The position numbers and the translations under genes are program-made. Under the pieces are notes generated by a model, which worked only from the letters and a program-made list of their open reading frames with translations, was not told where the DNA came from and made no database searches. From an uncultured Candidatus Bathyarchaeia archaeon (GTDB lineage: Archaea > Thermoproteota > Bathyarchaeia > Bathyarchaeales > DTEX01), in NCBI GenBank assembly GCA_964465575.1, contig CAYXIF010000004.1:12212-76211 (forward strand): a stretch of 64,000 nt of DNA. The letters run 5' to 3'. Shown piece after piece: positions 54,442 to 64,000 of this stretch. Position 1 is the first letter of the stretch. Every line of letters starts with the position of its first letter.

Positions 54442-55734
54442 GTGTTCTTGAAGAAGATCAAAGATGAATTTTCCTTTGTCAGAGGGAACTACTTGATACT
54501 CATCGTAAGCTGGATTCTGATGGATTTCGCTGGTGAGCTTCCTGGCACCTACTATTCGGATTATGTTCTTCAGCTTGGCGGAAGCCCCTCAGCTTTGGGT
54601 TTGATCACTTTTTCCTCTATGCTTGCATTGGCTTCGGTTCAGTTTCCTGGCGGGTACCTGGCTGACAAGTATGGCAGGCGATGGCTAGTATCAACGATGA
54701 CCTTTGGTGTGGCTCTTTCCTACCTGTTGTACACATTCGCCCCAAGCTGGGAGTACATTCTCTTGGGTGAGTCGATTCGCAGCCTATTCTTGATCTATCA
54801 ACCGGCGTTGAATGCGATGTTTGCAGATTCGTTGTCGCCTGAGAAGAGGGGAATGGGCTTCTCCATTTTGACCCTAGTAATGAGCGTAGCCACAACACCT
54901 GCTCCAGTCGCCGCATTGTACCTAGTGACCGCCTACGGTTCTCTGACAGGCATGAGGATAGCTTATGCCATTGTTACAGCATTGTTCTTCGCTGGCGCGA
55001 CCGTGCGGCTGAAACTGAAAGAGAGCATGGCAAGTACAGAGAGATTAGACCTGAGACATGTGCTACGCTCCTATCCCCTAGCATTGAAGGAGGGTGTAGG
55101 TGTCTGGAGGAAGGTTCCACGCTCAATGTTCTTTCTCTTCGTCTCACAACTCATTCAGCGTTTCGCGTTTGCCATGACAATGACCTTGTTTCTTGTCTAT
55201 GCCTTCTACGTCCTACAGATAGGAGGCGTTCCCAATCCTGCACTTCCCCCACAACAGGACCCAGCCCTTCAGCTCGCTCGTGAAAGATGGGGATACATCT
55301 CCATCGTGCTGTTTGTGAGCATGATAGTCCTTTCGTTTCCTACAGGAAGCCTTATCGACAGGATTGGCAGAAAAAAGCCATCAGTCCTGTCCAGTTTGGT
55401 CCTGATTCCCGGTGTCTTACTCTTTGTATATGGGAACTACTTGTCACTTTACCTATCAGTCATCCTCTTCTCATTTGGGCAACTTCTTGGCTTTTCAGCC
55501 TATCAAGCAATGTTCGCTGATCTCGTTCCGAAATCCCAGCGAGGAAAGGCCACAGGGTCCATGAACTTCTTCACGAACATCTCCATGGCCATCGGGGGGA
55601 TAGCCGGCGGGCTGCTTTATGATAACGTGTCTCCGCAGCTTCCATTTCTCCTTATGCCCGTGTTCATCGTGTTGGCAACCTCGCTCGTGTTCGTCTATGT
55701 ACAGGAGCCAAAACCAGAGGAAAGGCAGGCCTAG
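54442..55734 (+). CDS. Major facilitator superfamily transporter
   Basis: About 12 predicted TM segments and the MFS loop motif GYLADKYGRRW. Confidence 0.8.
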   Translation: MFLKKIKDEFSFVRGNYLILIVSWILMDFAGELPGTYYSDYVLQLGGSPSALGLITFSSMLALASVQFPGGYLADKYGRRWLVSTMTFGVALSYLLYTFAPSWEYILLGESIRSLFLIYQPALNAMFADSLSPEKRGMGFSILTLVMSVATTPAPVAALYLVTAYGSLTGMRIAYAIVTALFFAGATVRLKLKESMASTERLDLRHVLRSYPLALKEGVGVWRKVPRSMFFLFVSQLIQRFAFAMTMTLFLVYAFYVLQIGGVPNPALPPQQDPALQLARERWGYISIVLFVSMIVLSFPTGSLIDRIGRKKPSVLSSLVLIPGVLLFVYGNYLSLYLSVILFSFGQLLGFSAYQAMFADLVPKSQRGKATGSMNFFTNISMAIGGIAGGLLYDNVSPQLPFLLMPVFIVLATSLVFVYVQEPKPEERQA

Positions 55735-55904
55735 ACCAACAGTTTCCATAAAGATGGCAGAAAGCTGCTTGTCCACCTCTGTATTGTTCCGCGGAAAATG
55801 GCTTGCGGGTCTCCGCAATAGGACCATCTGTCCGTGTCCCTTTCGTGCAGCAATGATTGCTCAAGCTACTTGGAAATTCGAGGTGACCTAGTAGTCTTTT
55901 GCAG

Positions 55905-56432
55905 CTATTCTCCTTCGAATTCGACTAGACGGAAAACGTCATATTCCTTCAGTTTGTCTCGTCCACGCAACTCTGGCAACTCCACCACAAAAGCGCAGCC
56001 AATCACTTTTCCGCCACACTTCTCAACCAACTGGCAAGACGCTCTCATTGTGCCTCCAGTGGCGAGCAAATCGTCCACGACGAGCACTTTGTCCCCTTCT
56101 TTGATGGCGTCCTTGTGTATCTCGACTGCATCAATGCCGTATTCAAGTTGGTACTCCTGTCTCATGGTTTCCGCGGGAAGCTTGCCTTTCTTTCTTATGG
56201 GGACGAAACCCTTCTTTAGTAGTATTGCCAAGGCGGTACCGAATACGAAGCCACGTGACTCGATTCCTGCGACAATGTCTATGTCTTTGTCCTTGTAGTG
56301 CTCAAAAAGCCTTTGGCACGTGTCGCGGAAGCCTTTTTCATCCTTCATTAGCGTGGTGATGTCTCTGAACATCACTCCCTGCTTGGGCCAGTTTGGGATG
56401 GTTCGAATCTTTGCCTTTATGTCCTCGTTCAA
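55905..56432 (-). CDS. apt: Adenine phosphoribosyltransferase
   Basis: PRPP-binding VLVVDDLLATGGT. Length and N-terminal pattern are typical of Apt. Confidence 0.9.
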   Translation of the reverse strand: MNEDIKAKIRTIPNWPKQGVMFRDITTLMKDEKGFRDTCQRLFEHYKDKDIDIVAGIESRGFVFGTALAILLKKGFVPIRKKGKLPAETMRQEYQLEYGIDAVEIHKDAIKEGDKVLVVDDLLATGGTMRASCQLVEKCGGKVIGCAFVVELPELRGRDKLKEYDVFRLVEFEGE

Positions 56433-56444
56433 CTAATCCCCTGC

Positions 56445-57236
56445 CTATCGCATCACAGCGTTCTTTATGTCTTTTGTGCATCTGCAGTCATCATAGTCTT
56501 CTACCTTGGGAATCGTCTCTACCAACAACTTCTGAACTTTGTCAACGTTCTCTCTAAAGGTCTTCATGACCATTGATACATCAACAGCTGCCTCACTAGG
56601 TTTCCAACAGTCATAGTCAGTAGGCATAGCGACCACGGCATAGTGTAGCCCGGCCTCTCGCGCCAAGACGACTTCTGGGACGGTGGTCATGTTGATCACG
56701 TCTCCTCCCCAGAGTCTGAACATAAGGCTCTCTGCTCTAGTGGAGAACCTAGGACCTTCGATGGTGACAGCTGTTCCCTTCTCGTGGCACCTGTAGCCGA
56801 GTGTCTTTGCTTGGTCGAAAAGAAGCTTTCTCAGGTTCGGGCAGAATGGCTCAGCCATGGGTATGTGACAGACACGGTCCTTCTCATAGAAGGTCGATCT
56901 TCGTTTGGTCGTCCTGTCTATGAACTGGTCTATGAAGACGAAGTCTCCTGGCTTGATCTCTTCTCTCAAAGAGCCGCAAGCAGTGGTGGCAAGTATGTGT
57001 GTGCAGCCAGCATTCTTCAGGGCGCATATGTTTGCTTGGAAAGGAACGTTAGTAGGCATTACTGTGTGTTTCTTGCCATGCCGCGAAAGTATAACAACGT
57101 CAACGCTCTTAATCTTGCCTACCGTGAGATTTGATGAAGGTTTTCCATACAAGGTCTCGACATCAGTCACCTTTGCTTGTTTCAGGATTCGCGGGTCTTC
57201 AAGCCCTGAACCGCCGATTATTCCGATCTTGACCAT
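56445..57236 (-). CDS. mtnP: S-methyl-5'-thioadenosine phosphorylase
   Basis: [18 protein letters not shown] and [15 protein letters not shown] motifs. Confidence 0.9.
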   Translation of the reverse strand: MVKIGIIGGSGLEDPRILKQAKVTDVETLYGKPSSNLTVGKIKSVDVVILSRHGKKHTVMPTNVPFQANICALKNAGCTHILATTACGSLREEIKPGDFVFIDQFIDRTTKRRSTFYEKDRVCHIPMAEPFCPNLRKLLFDQAKTLGYRCHEKGTAVTIEGPRFSTRAESLMFRLWGGDVINMTTVPEVVLAREAGLHYAVVAMPTDYDCWKPSEAAVDVSMVMKTFRENVDKVQKLLVETIPKVEDYDDCRCTKDIKNAVMR

Positions 57237-57371
57237 CTTTCCAACCTTCCCAAAGTACGCTTATTCTATGCATCCTTTTCTTGGAGAGCCTCGCATCAGT
57301 AAGAGCCATACCGACTTGCGCAAAGGAGTCAGCAATGGCACTATGATTTCGTGCAAAGCCGTATTTCAGTC

Positions 57372-57953
57372 TTATCGTGTCACGTCCAGCGAGACGTTGT
57401 CTTCTAGCTCGTCTCTTGGCAGTACGAAATACTGGAAAAGGCCGAGAAAAGTGATCACGACGCCGGCGATGCCTAGGATAACTGCCAACGCTACAAATAA
57501 GAAGTATGCAGACGGGCTCTTGGTGTACGTTAGCTGGACTTCGCAGTTTGCCTTGCTCCAACCTTCGTTCTTGATGGTTATCTGTAGCTGATCTAGGCTG
57601 TCATCCAACGTGACTTGGCCAAATAGGTTTCCGGCTCCTTGGATTATTCCTGCTCTGTAGTGAAGAACTCTCCCCCCTGGTCTTATGAGTTCGACGCTTA
57701 TGTCCAGCGGTCTTGTTGCACTGGTCGAGACGTTGTATGTGACGAGAGCTATGTTGGTCTCTCCAACGCTCAGTGCGAAGCTCCTGCTGACATTCTCTTC
57801 TAGTTCAAATCGGCGATCTATTCTGTACCTTGTGTTGAAAAGGAGTGGCAGGTATGCGTTTAGAACGATTGAAACGACGGCTATGATTATGCCCAGCAGC
57901 AGGAGCCGTTTGGCATGTCGTCTACTTCTTGCCGTACAACCAGCAGAGGACAA
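57372..57953 (-). CDS. Hypothetical bitopic membrane protein
   Basis: N-terminal and C-terminal hydrophobic helices flank a beta-rich domain of about 120 aa. The ORF overlaps the oppF 3' end by 32 nt. No recognizable family. Confidence 0.3.
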   Translation of the reverse strand: MSSAGCTARSRRHAKRLLLLGIIIAVVSIVLNAYLPLLFNTRYRIDRRFELEENVSRSFALSVGETNIALVTYNVSTSATRPLDISVELIRPGGRVLHYRAGIIQGAGNLFGQVTLDDSLDQLQITIKNEGWSKANCEVQLTYTKSPSAYFLFVALAVILGIAGVVITFLGLFQYFVLPRDELEDNVSLDVTR

Positions 57954-58914
57954 AATGCCCTCCTTCCTGCTCTATGTCAGGCGGATCCTTCACGCAGACC
58001 TCCATCCTATATGGGCATCTCGGGTGGAACCGGCATCCTGGAGGCGGGTTTATCAAGTTTGGCGGTTCGCCTGCGGGAACGTCTCGCAGTATCTTCCTGT
58101 TCCCTGGGTCCGGGTCCGGTATGGCCTTGAGTAAGGCTTGCGTGTAGGGATGCAGCGGGTTGCGAAGGACTTCCAACATTCTTCCAGACTCAACAATCTT
58201 GCCAGCATACATGATAGACAACCTTTCCGAGAAGTACTTTGTAGTGGCCAAGTCGTGGGTTATGTAGATGAAACTGATTCTTCTTCTCTCCTGCAGTTCT
58301 CTTAAGAGGGTCAGGATCTCAATCCTAACGGAAGCATCCAGCATCGAGACCGGCTCGTCCGCGACTACAAGTTCGGGTCTCAGGGTTAGGGCTCTGGCGA
58401 TGGCGACCCTTTGTAGCTGTCCTCCACTAAGCATGTGTGGGTATTTGGGCGCAAAATCCTCAATGGGAGTCAGCCTCACGTCTTCCAAGACTTCATGGAC
58501 TCTCTTGATCCTCTCTTCTCTGTTGCCAGCCTTGTGTATCAGCAATGGTTCTTCCAGAATCCTGTGGATCGTGAAGAATGAAGGAAGTGCCCCATAAGGG
58601 TCTTGCTCGACTATGGATGTCTCACGTCGGTACCACATTAAGTCATCAGGGTCCAAGTGCGTGATGTCCTTGCCCTTGATTGTGATTCTCCCCTCTGTCG
58701 GTTCGTACAACCTGAGTATTGTCTTGCCTAGAGTGGTCTTGCCGCTTCCTGATTCGCCCACGAGCGAGATCGCTTCTCCCTTCTTGAGGTCGAAGCTTAC
58801 CCCGTCCACTGCTCGGACATGCACTGGATTCGAGAAGAGTCCTTTCCTCAACTCGAACCATTTCTTCAAGTTCTCTAGGCTGAGGAATCCTTCGTCCTCA
58901 CTCATTCTTCTCAC
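57922..58914 (-). CDS. Oligopeptide/dipeptide ABC transporter ATP-binding protein (OppF/DppF type)
   Basis: Walker [18 protein letters not shown], and a C-terminal oligopeptide-ABC extension with CRFHPRCP. Confidence 0.9.
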   Translation of the reverse strand: MRRMSEDEGFLSLENLKKWFELRKGLFSNPVHVRAVDGVSFDLKKGEAISLVGESGSGKTTLGKTILRLYEPTEGRITIKGKDITHLDPDDLMWYRRETSIVEQDPYGALPSFFTIHRILEEPLLIHKAGNREERIKRVHEVLEDVRLTPIEDFAPKYPHMLSGGQLQRVAIARALTLRPELVVADEPVSMLDASVRIEILTLLRELQERRRISFIYITHDLATTKYFSERLSIMYAGKIVESGRMLEVLRNPLHPYTQALLKAIPDPDPGNRKILRDVPAGEPPNLINPPPGCRFHPRCPYRMEVCVKDPPDIEQEGGHFVLCWLYGKK

Positions 58915-59881
58915 CGGACTGCTCGTACCACCAGCATTTTACATAGTGTCCTGATCCTAGATCGAAGGCGGGTGGATTCTCTTTGGAGCATCTGTCGAAC
59001 GCGGAAGGGCATCTTGGGTGGAACCTGCATCCAGTAGGCGGACTTATGAGGCTTGGAGGAGCGCCGGGGATGAATTCTGGTTTCTTGTCGGTCCTCAGTG
59101 TCGGCACACTGGCCATAAGCTTCTGTGAGTAGGGGTGGGTCGGCTTTCGGTAGAAGGCTTCGGCTTTTGCTATCTCTTGCACCTCTCCGGCGTACATGAC
59201 AGCGACCTTGTCAGCCAGTTCGCTACTTAGTCCAATGTCGTGTGTTATGAAGATGTAGCTTAGCCCCATCTCATTCTTGAGTTTCTTCAGCAGGTTCATT
59301 ATGTTCGCTTGGGTTATCACGTCGAGAGCAGAAGTAGGTTCATCAAGTATGAGTATCCTGGGGTGGGTGACAAGTGCCATTGCTATAACTGCTCTTTGTT
59401 TCATGCCGCCGCTGAGCTCAAAGGGATACCTTTCCATAAAAGATTCGTGTATCCCCACCATTCTCAAAGACTCTATCGATTTTTCCAAGGCTTCTTGCTT
59501 TTTCATGTCTTCATGAATGAGCAGCGGCTCAGCCACTTGGTATCCCACCTTCAATACTGGGTTTAGCGAGTTCATTGCACCTTGGAAAGCCATTGAAATC
59601 TTCTTCCATCTTACATCCTTTCGGAAGGTTGTTTCGTCGTGCTCCATGATGTTCTGTTGTTCAAGGAGGACTTCGCCATCATATTTGTCGATGTTTCTGG
59701 GAAGCAACCTTATCACAGCTTTTGCTATGGAGCTCTTTCCACACCCAGACTCGCCGACTAGCGCCAACGTCTCTCCTTTCTTGAGATCGAATGAGACGCT
59801 GTCAACCGCTTTTACCGTTCCTTTTCTTGTTGCGTAGTACAAGAACAGCTTCCTAACTTCTAGTATGTTATCTGTCATCAA
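58898..59881 (-). CDS. Oligopeptide/dipeptide ABC transporter ATP-binding protein (OppD/DppD type)
   Basis: Walker [18 protein letters not shown] and C-terminal CRFHPRCP. Confidence 0.9.
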   Translation of the reverse strand: MMTDNILEVRKLFLYYATRKGTVKAVDSVSFDLKKGETLALVGESGCGKSSIAKAVIRLLPRNIDKYDGEVLLEQQNIMEHDETTFRKDVRWKKISMAFQGAMNSLNPVLKVGYQVAEPLLIHEDMKKQEALEKSIESLRMVGIHESFMERYPFELSGGMKQRAVIAMALVTHPRILILDEPTSALDVITQANIMNLLKKLKNEMGLSYIFITHDIGLSSELADKVAVMYAGEVQEIAKAEAFYRKPTHPYSQKLMASVPTLRTDKKPEFIPGAPPSLISPPTGCRFHPRCPSAFDRCSKENPPAFDLGSGHYVKCWWYEQSGEKNE

Positions 59882-59895
59882 GGTTTCACCAGATT

Positions 59896-61320
59896 CTAGA
59901 TCTCTCTGAGCTTCGGGTTGACTATCTTGTCTAATGCGAACCCTAGGAAGGAGAAGGCGAAAGCTGTCAGTATGAGCATAAGGGCTGGCTCAGTGACCCA
60001 GTAGTAGTATCCCTTGTAGAGAGCTCCACCTCTATAGCTGTCTTCTATCACTTTGCCCCATGAGGGCAGGTAAGGATCTCCTAATCCCAGAAGTGAAAGA
60101 GCGGCTTCTAGGAAAACATAGCCGGGAACAGAGCCTATTAAGCTGGGCACGATCGGCGGCAGAATCTTTGGGATTATGTATAGTAGGACGATCCTTTTTG
60201 AGCTCGCTCCATAAGCCCTTGCAGCTTCGATGTAGGGGTACTCCTTTATCTGCATCACAAGTGCCCTTGTGCTCTTTACGCCACCACCAAACACGCTCAG
60301 TACAATAATCACCGTCAAGAGAATCCAGATGTCGAGTCTGTAGAAAGTCGCTATCAGGATCAAGAATGGCAAGAACGGCAGGATCATGTAGCCCTCTGTG
60401 AACCTCTGTATCAGCGAATCTATCTTGCCTCCGTAGTAGCCGCTGACAGTCGCTATCAGCAGTTGCAGCAGACTTATGGTGAGTGAGGCGGTCAACCCGA
60501 AAGAAAGTGCAATAGGGGTTCCCCAAAGCAAAGCGATCGTGAGATCTCTTCTCAAGTGGTCAGTCCCAGCCAAGCCGCAAATTCTTCCATATATTACGAC
60601 TCTCGCGTCGAGATCCGAATCCTCTCCGAACAAGGTGCCGTCTATGACTAGCTTGTATGTCCCCTTGAGAGGTTTAGCCGTGGTTGTGCTCTTGATAGTT
60701 TGGTCTTCAACTGCGAACAATGCCTGCTCTACTGGTAGAGGCGCTAACGGCTTCTCGCCGACAATCCCCGCAATGTATGAGTCAATATTGGCGGCTACTT
60801 GCGGATGGATGGAAAGGTAGAAGTTATCGTTGGCGGTTCTCGTTATATAGTCTAGGAGCTTGATCTCTGTACTTCCGGGCTTGGTCCAGTAGATCCTCAG
60901 GAAAGGTGCGCTTTCATTGAACCTGGCAGAAAAGAAAATGTTTATCTCACTTGGAAAAGCATCATACACATAATCGAAAGAAAAACCTATGCGAAGCATT
61001 TTGAGGTTCGTTTGTGGAATGGGAATCAGGACTTTGACTGTTCCTGCGCCTGTTTGGTGAGAGTCTCGCTTGATGGTTTCGGGCAGGTTTGGGCCGAAAT
61101 AGTTCACCCAGTATGGCTGGGCGTTTCTCGGGTTCTCAATCCAAACATTGCCTTCTCCTCTCCATAGATCTATCGCTCCGCCGTAAGGTATCGCTATTAT
61201 AGTGTAGACAGACAACGAGATCAGCACGACAAGGAAGGCTATCCCGAAAACTCCAGACTTGTAGGTCAGCAGCTCCTTTGCGATACCTTTCAGACGGTAT
61301 TCGCCGCCAACTGACCCCAT
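59896..61320 (-). CDS. Oligopeptide/dipeptide ABC transporter permease (OppC type) with a large extracytoplasmic loop
   Basis: MGSVGGEYRLKGIAKELLTYKSGVFGIAFLVV start at ATG 61320, 6 nt after the oppB stop. About 200 aa lie between TM1 and the conserved permease core. The track ORF extends spuriously to 61719. Confidence 0.85.
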   Translation of the reverse strand: MGSVGGEYRLKGIAKELLTYKSGVFGIAFLVVLISLSVYTIIAIPYGGAIDLWRGEGNVWIENPRNAQPYWVNYFGPNLPETIKRDSHQTGAGTVKVLIPIPQTNLKMLRIGFSFDYVYDAFPSEINIFFSARFNESAPFLRIYWTKPGSTEIKLLDYITRTANDNFYLSIHPQVAANIDSYIAGIVGEKPLAPLPVEQALFAVEDQTIKSTTTAKPLKGTYKLVIDGTLFGEDSDLDARVVIYGRICGLAGTDHLRRDLTIALLWGTPIALSFGLTASLTISLLQLLIATVSGYYGGKIDSLIQRFTEGYMILPFLPFLILIATFYRLDIWILLTVIIVLSVFGGGVKSTRALVMQIKEYPYIEAARAYGASSKRIVLLYIIPKILPPIVPSLIGSVPGYVFLEAALSLLGLGDPYLPSWGKVIEDSYRGGALYKGYYYWVTEPALMLILTAFAFSFLGFALDKIVNPKLREI

Positions 61321-61325
61321 GCACG

Positions 61326-62393
61326 TCACCGACCAAATTTCGCTTTTATCCTCGGATCGATTAGCCCGTATGCAACATCGAGAAGCAGTACTGTAGCAGC
61401 AAGCAGGTATGCATATATTATCGTCACGCCGATGAGCACCGGGGTATCGAAAGCAGATATGGCTGAGTAGGTCACTGAACCTAAGCCAGGCCAGTTGAAG
61501 ACTCGTTCTGTAATGATTGCGCCGCTCCACGAGTTGATTAGGCCCAACGCAAAGCTTGTTACTATCGGTGGAAGTGAAGGTCGAAGAATGTACTTCGTTT
61601 CGATCTGTCTTGGGGGAACTCCCTTGGCACGTGCAGCCTCGACGTAATCCTCGGTGGAGAAGATGAGAAAGAATGTCCTGTTTCCATAGCAGCCAAGGAA
61701 GAACGCCGAAGTAACCCAAGACGCAAGGGGGAGAATCATGTGCTTGATCATACTAAGGAAGTACTGTATCGGATCGGAGGGCGGTGGGACATCCACTAGG
61801 CCTCCGTATGGCAACACGTGAAAGTAAGATGCGAAGATAAGAATCAGGAAGATCCCGTAGAACCATCCCGGTATGACAGAGGTTGGAGCGCCAGCTATGA
61901 ACAGTTTGTCAAGTTTGCTTCCGTGGTGTCTGGACAGGTACAGCCCGATTGACATAGTTATGGAGAAGTTCACGAGCATCGCCGTGGTGAAGAGCATCAC
62001 GGTTTGCGGAAGTCTCTCCAGGATTATGTTCTTGACGAGCCTAGAGCCGGAATCGCTATACATGTACTGTGCGTTCCCGAGGTCCAGAGTTAAGGCGTTT
62101 CTGAGGTATATCACGCTTCGGATCGGGAATGGCAGGTCCAGCCCACTGCGTTTGATCTGTAGCTGTATCTCGTCTTGGGTCAGTTTGTCGATGACATCTG
62201 GGGGATACCCTTGGTAAGCTGGATCGTTTCTGAATCGTGAGGTTATAGCGAAAGTCAGCTCGCTTTTCACGATTTCGTCAACGTATCCGCCCATGTTGGC
62301 GATTATGATTGTGAGGTAGATGGCAAAAACAACTACTAGGTATATTACGACAGTTCTTCTCAGGATGAACTTTATGAGACCTTTCATGGCCAT
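61326..62393 (-). CDS. Oligopeptide/dipeptide ABC transporter permease (OppB type)
   Basis: LIKFILRRTVVIYLVV N-terminus and the binding-protein-dependent transport EAA-type region (EDYVEAARAKGVP). Confidence 0.9.
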   Translation of the reverse strand: MAMKGLIKFILRRTVVIYLVVVFAIYLTIIIANMGGYVDEIVKSELTFAITSRFRNDPAYQGYPPDVIDKLTQDEIQLQIKRSGLDLPFPIRSVIYLRNALTLDLGNAQYMYSDSGSRLVKNIILERLPQTVMLFTTAMLVNFSITMSIGLYLSRHHGSKLDKLFIAGAPTSVIPGWFYGIFLILIFASYFHVLPYGGLVDVPPPSDPIQYFLSMIKHMILPLASWVTSAFFLGCYGNRTFFLIFSTEDYVEAARAKGVPPRQIETKYILRPSLPPIVTSFALGLINSWSGAIITERVFNWPGLGSVTYSAISAFDTPVLIGVTIIYAYLLAATVLLLDVAYGLIDPRIKAKFGR

Positions 62394-62507
62394 TAGGATT
62401 TCACTATCGCCCTTGTCTTGTGCTCAGATTGTCATATAAACGTTGCTTTTCGAGCTGGAATGAATTGGCAGAGCCTCTTTCTCAAGAGTGGCTATGGATT
62501 CTGCCGC

Positions 62508-62518
62508 AAAAAAAGAAA
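62508..62518 (-). terminator. Poly-T tract after the substrate-binding protein gene
   Basis: The minus strand reads CCTTTCTTTTTTTG about 15 nt after the SBP stop. Archaeal terminators are oligo-T. A TATA-like gtttatatgac for oppB follows. Confidence 0.45.
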
Positions 62519-62532
62519 GGAGGGGAAGTTTG

Positions 62533-64000
62533 TTACGCTTTCTTTCTGGCAGCTGTCGAATAGATCGCCACTACTATGGCGACTGCAGCAAGGGCAACTG
62601 AGGCATAGGCAATTGTCTGTAATGTGCTCACCGTACCCTGAAGAGTCGTGACTTGACTTGTCAGGGTCGACTGTAGTGCTGAGAGCTGTGCGTTGAGGCC
62701 AGATTCAGCTTTCGCTAGTAGGGACTGGAAGTAGCTTATTTCTGGAATAACTACGAACGGTGCATCGAGGAATCCCGGGGTCCCAACATCTTTGCTCAGC
62801 GCGATTGCCATTAGCCTATAGGTTCCTGCTGTCAGCTTGGCAGTCTCAATGTCCTTTAGCTTGATTGACCATTGTCCTTGGGCGGCAGCTGTGGCGTCCC
62901 CGACTACAAGCACATTGCCGGCTGAGTCAAGCACAAGGTACTTCACGAGCTCTATCCTATCGTTCGCATATGGTTGTCCCTTCGTCGTTAGGTTTAGGGT
63001 GAAAGGTGCCTCTAGTCCTGGGACAATGTTCTGCGGCATCTTGAGTGACAACTCTGGAATTGGCGGTTCAGCCAGCCAAGCCCATCTGTCAGCCTTGAAA
63101 GTATAGTCTCTGAAGGCCTTCACAACAGCGATGTGGGCTGTGAAGTCCGCGGTCGCAAGATAGAATGGGCCTGAAGCGACATAGTAGTGCTTGCGATCAG
63201 TGTTCCACTTCTTTAGGTTGTCGTATCTTGCCGACGCATCCTGTGCCGTTATGTATTTGCTTGCATGTTGTCTGAACGGTATGTATCCGGTGTTCTTCGC
63301 TTCATCTAGGACTGCAGAGAAGGTGACCAAGCTTGGACCGCCGATGTAGTTTGCCCATTCAACCTTCTTTTCCACAGCTTTGGACGCAGAGAACGCAAGC
63401 AGCCCCTTCTCTTCTGCGAGTATGCCCAGCCCGACGGCGTGCCACGGCATATTTGGCCATCCAGAGGCCCAGTCTGCCATGAACTCGGCTTCGATGAATG
63501 TGTAGTTAATATAGTACGCCACGACGAGTGGGCTTGTGCTTATTATCTGCTCTCCACGGTAGTTATCTCTCCAAGCTTTGAACGCAGACACAGCGCTTGC
63601 GTCGTAAAGCGGACTAGCTGTATCAGCTCTTTCGAATACCAACGGCCAGGTCGCGAACCAGTCTGCCATGCTCACCACTGAACCATCATGGTATTTCACT
63701 TTCCCTATTACATCGCCGTAGTTCACCACGACTTTGGCTTTCGCGTAAGTCCCGCTCGGCGGGTTAGTTATGGTCTTGGTTGCTACATCCCAGCCGAACC
63801 ATGCATCTGACGGAACTAGGACCTTGTCAACTGTCTTCAGCGTTAACCATGGGCTGCTTGAAAAGCAAGGTACCCCCTTTTCCACCTCCATGGTGACTGA
63901 TTCGAGTCTGTTAGGCATTGGGATGCCAGTATACGGGTTGTAGATGAAATCGTAGTCTTGGACACATCTCAAGATCACTTGGTCATAGACCCAGTTTGTT
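62533..64000 (-). CDS. ABC transporter substrate-binding protein (family 5-like), partial, with C-terminal Ig-like segment, coiled-coil and membrane anchor
   Basis: The frame stays open to the window end (TNWVYDQVILRCVQDYDF...). C-terminus: QSLLAKAESGLNAQLSALQSTLTSQVTTLQGTVSTLQ, then hydrophobic IAYASVALAAVAIVVAIY, then basic ARKKA. Confidence 0.7.
   Translation of the reverse strand, partial: TNWVYDQVILRCVQDYDFIYNPYTGIPMPNRLESVTMEVEKGVPCFSSSPWLTLKTVDKVLVPSDAWFGWDVATKTITNPPSGTYAKAKVVVNYGDVIGKVKYHDGSVVSMADWFATWPLVFERADTASPLYDASAVSAFKAWRDNYRGEQIISTSPLVVAYYINYTFIEAEFMADWASGWPNMPWHAVGLGILAEEKGLLAFSASKAVEKKVEWANYIGGPSLVTFSAVLDEAKNTGYIPFRQHASKYITAQDASARYDNLKKWNTDRKHYYVASGPFYLATADFTAHIAVVKAFRDYTFKADRWAWLAEPPIPELSLKMPQNIVPGLEAPFTLNLTTKGQPYANDRIELVKYLVLDSAGNVLVVGDATAAAQGQWSIKLKDIETAKLTAGTYRLMAIALSKDVGTPGFLDAPFVVIPEISYFQSLLAKAESGLNAQLSALQSTLTSQVTTLQGTVSTLQTIAYASVALAAVAIVVAIYSTAARKKA

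Noticed and set aside
61321-61719. N-terminal 133-aa extension of the 607-aa ORF (59896-61719).
   Set aside because: It overlaps the 3' end of oppB in another frame and has an odd composition. A good ATG (61320) lies 6 nt after the oppB stop and begins the recognisable OppC sequence.
1-64000. Looked for CRISPR arrays, transposases/integrases, terminal inverted repeats, prophage genes and rRNA.
   Set aside because: No regularly spaced direct repeats, no IS-like or integrase-like translations and no rRNA-like sequence were seen. The window looks like core chromosome.

Overview
This is an archaeal chromosomal window that is densely coded, about 63 protein genes, with no rRNA, CRISPR array or obvious mobile element. 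The archaeal call rests on fibrillarin/Nop5, archaeal-type ApgM, PurP, two FtsZ genes, an SRP (7S) RNA and an intron-containing initiator tRNA. Ftr, FwdD/FwdB, CofE and a RimK-type ligase point to an H4MPT/F420-using lineage, either methanogen-related or Bathyarchaeia-like; I cannot place it more precisely without searches. Housekeeping content includes ileS, metG, pyrDK, nadA, purE-C-P-M, apt, mtnP, an opp/dpp-type ABC importer, a GH35 beta-galactosidase and a polyol-type dehydrogenase/kinase cluster. Three features are absent from the ORF track and were read directly from the DNA: (i) an SRP RNA at about 25614-25950; (ii) an initiator tRNA-Met at 44879-45004 (minus) with two introns, one canonical 37/38 and one in the T-loop; (iii) a 54-aa ribbon-helix-helix gene (37364-37528) overlapping the start of ftsZ. 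The most interesting candidate system is a sulfur-trafficking island at 6301-10112. It contains iscU, an IscS homolog whose PLP-binding Lys is replaced by Asp, a DsrE-family gene, tusA, an E1-like UbaA/MoeB with an extra C-terminal domain, and a divergent MoaD/SAMP-type Ubl. An ATAAC-N3-GTTAT palindrome sits in front of both the tusA operon and the E1 gene. All functional calls come from motif recognition in the supplied translations. No BLAST, HMM or RNA-folding computation was possible, so family assignments and boundaries need confirmation.
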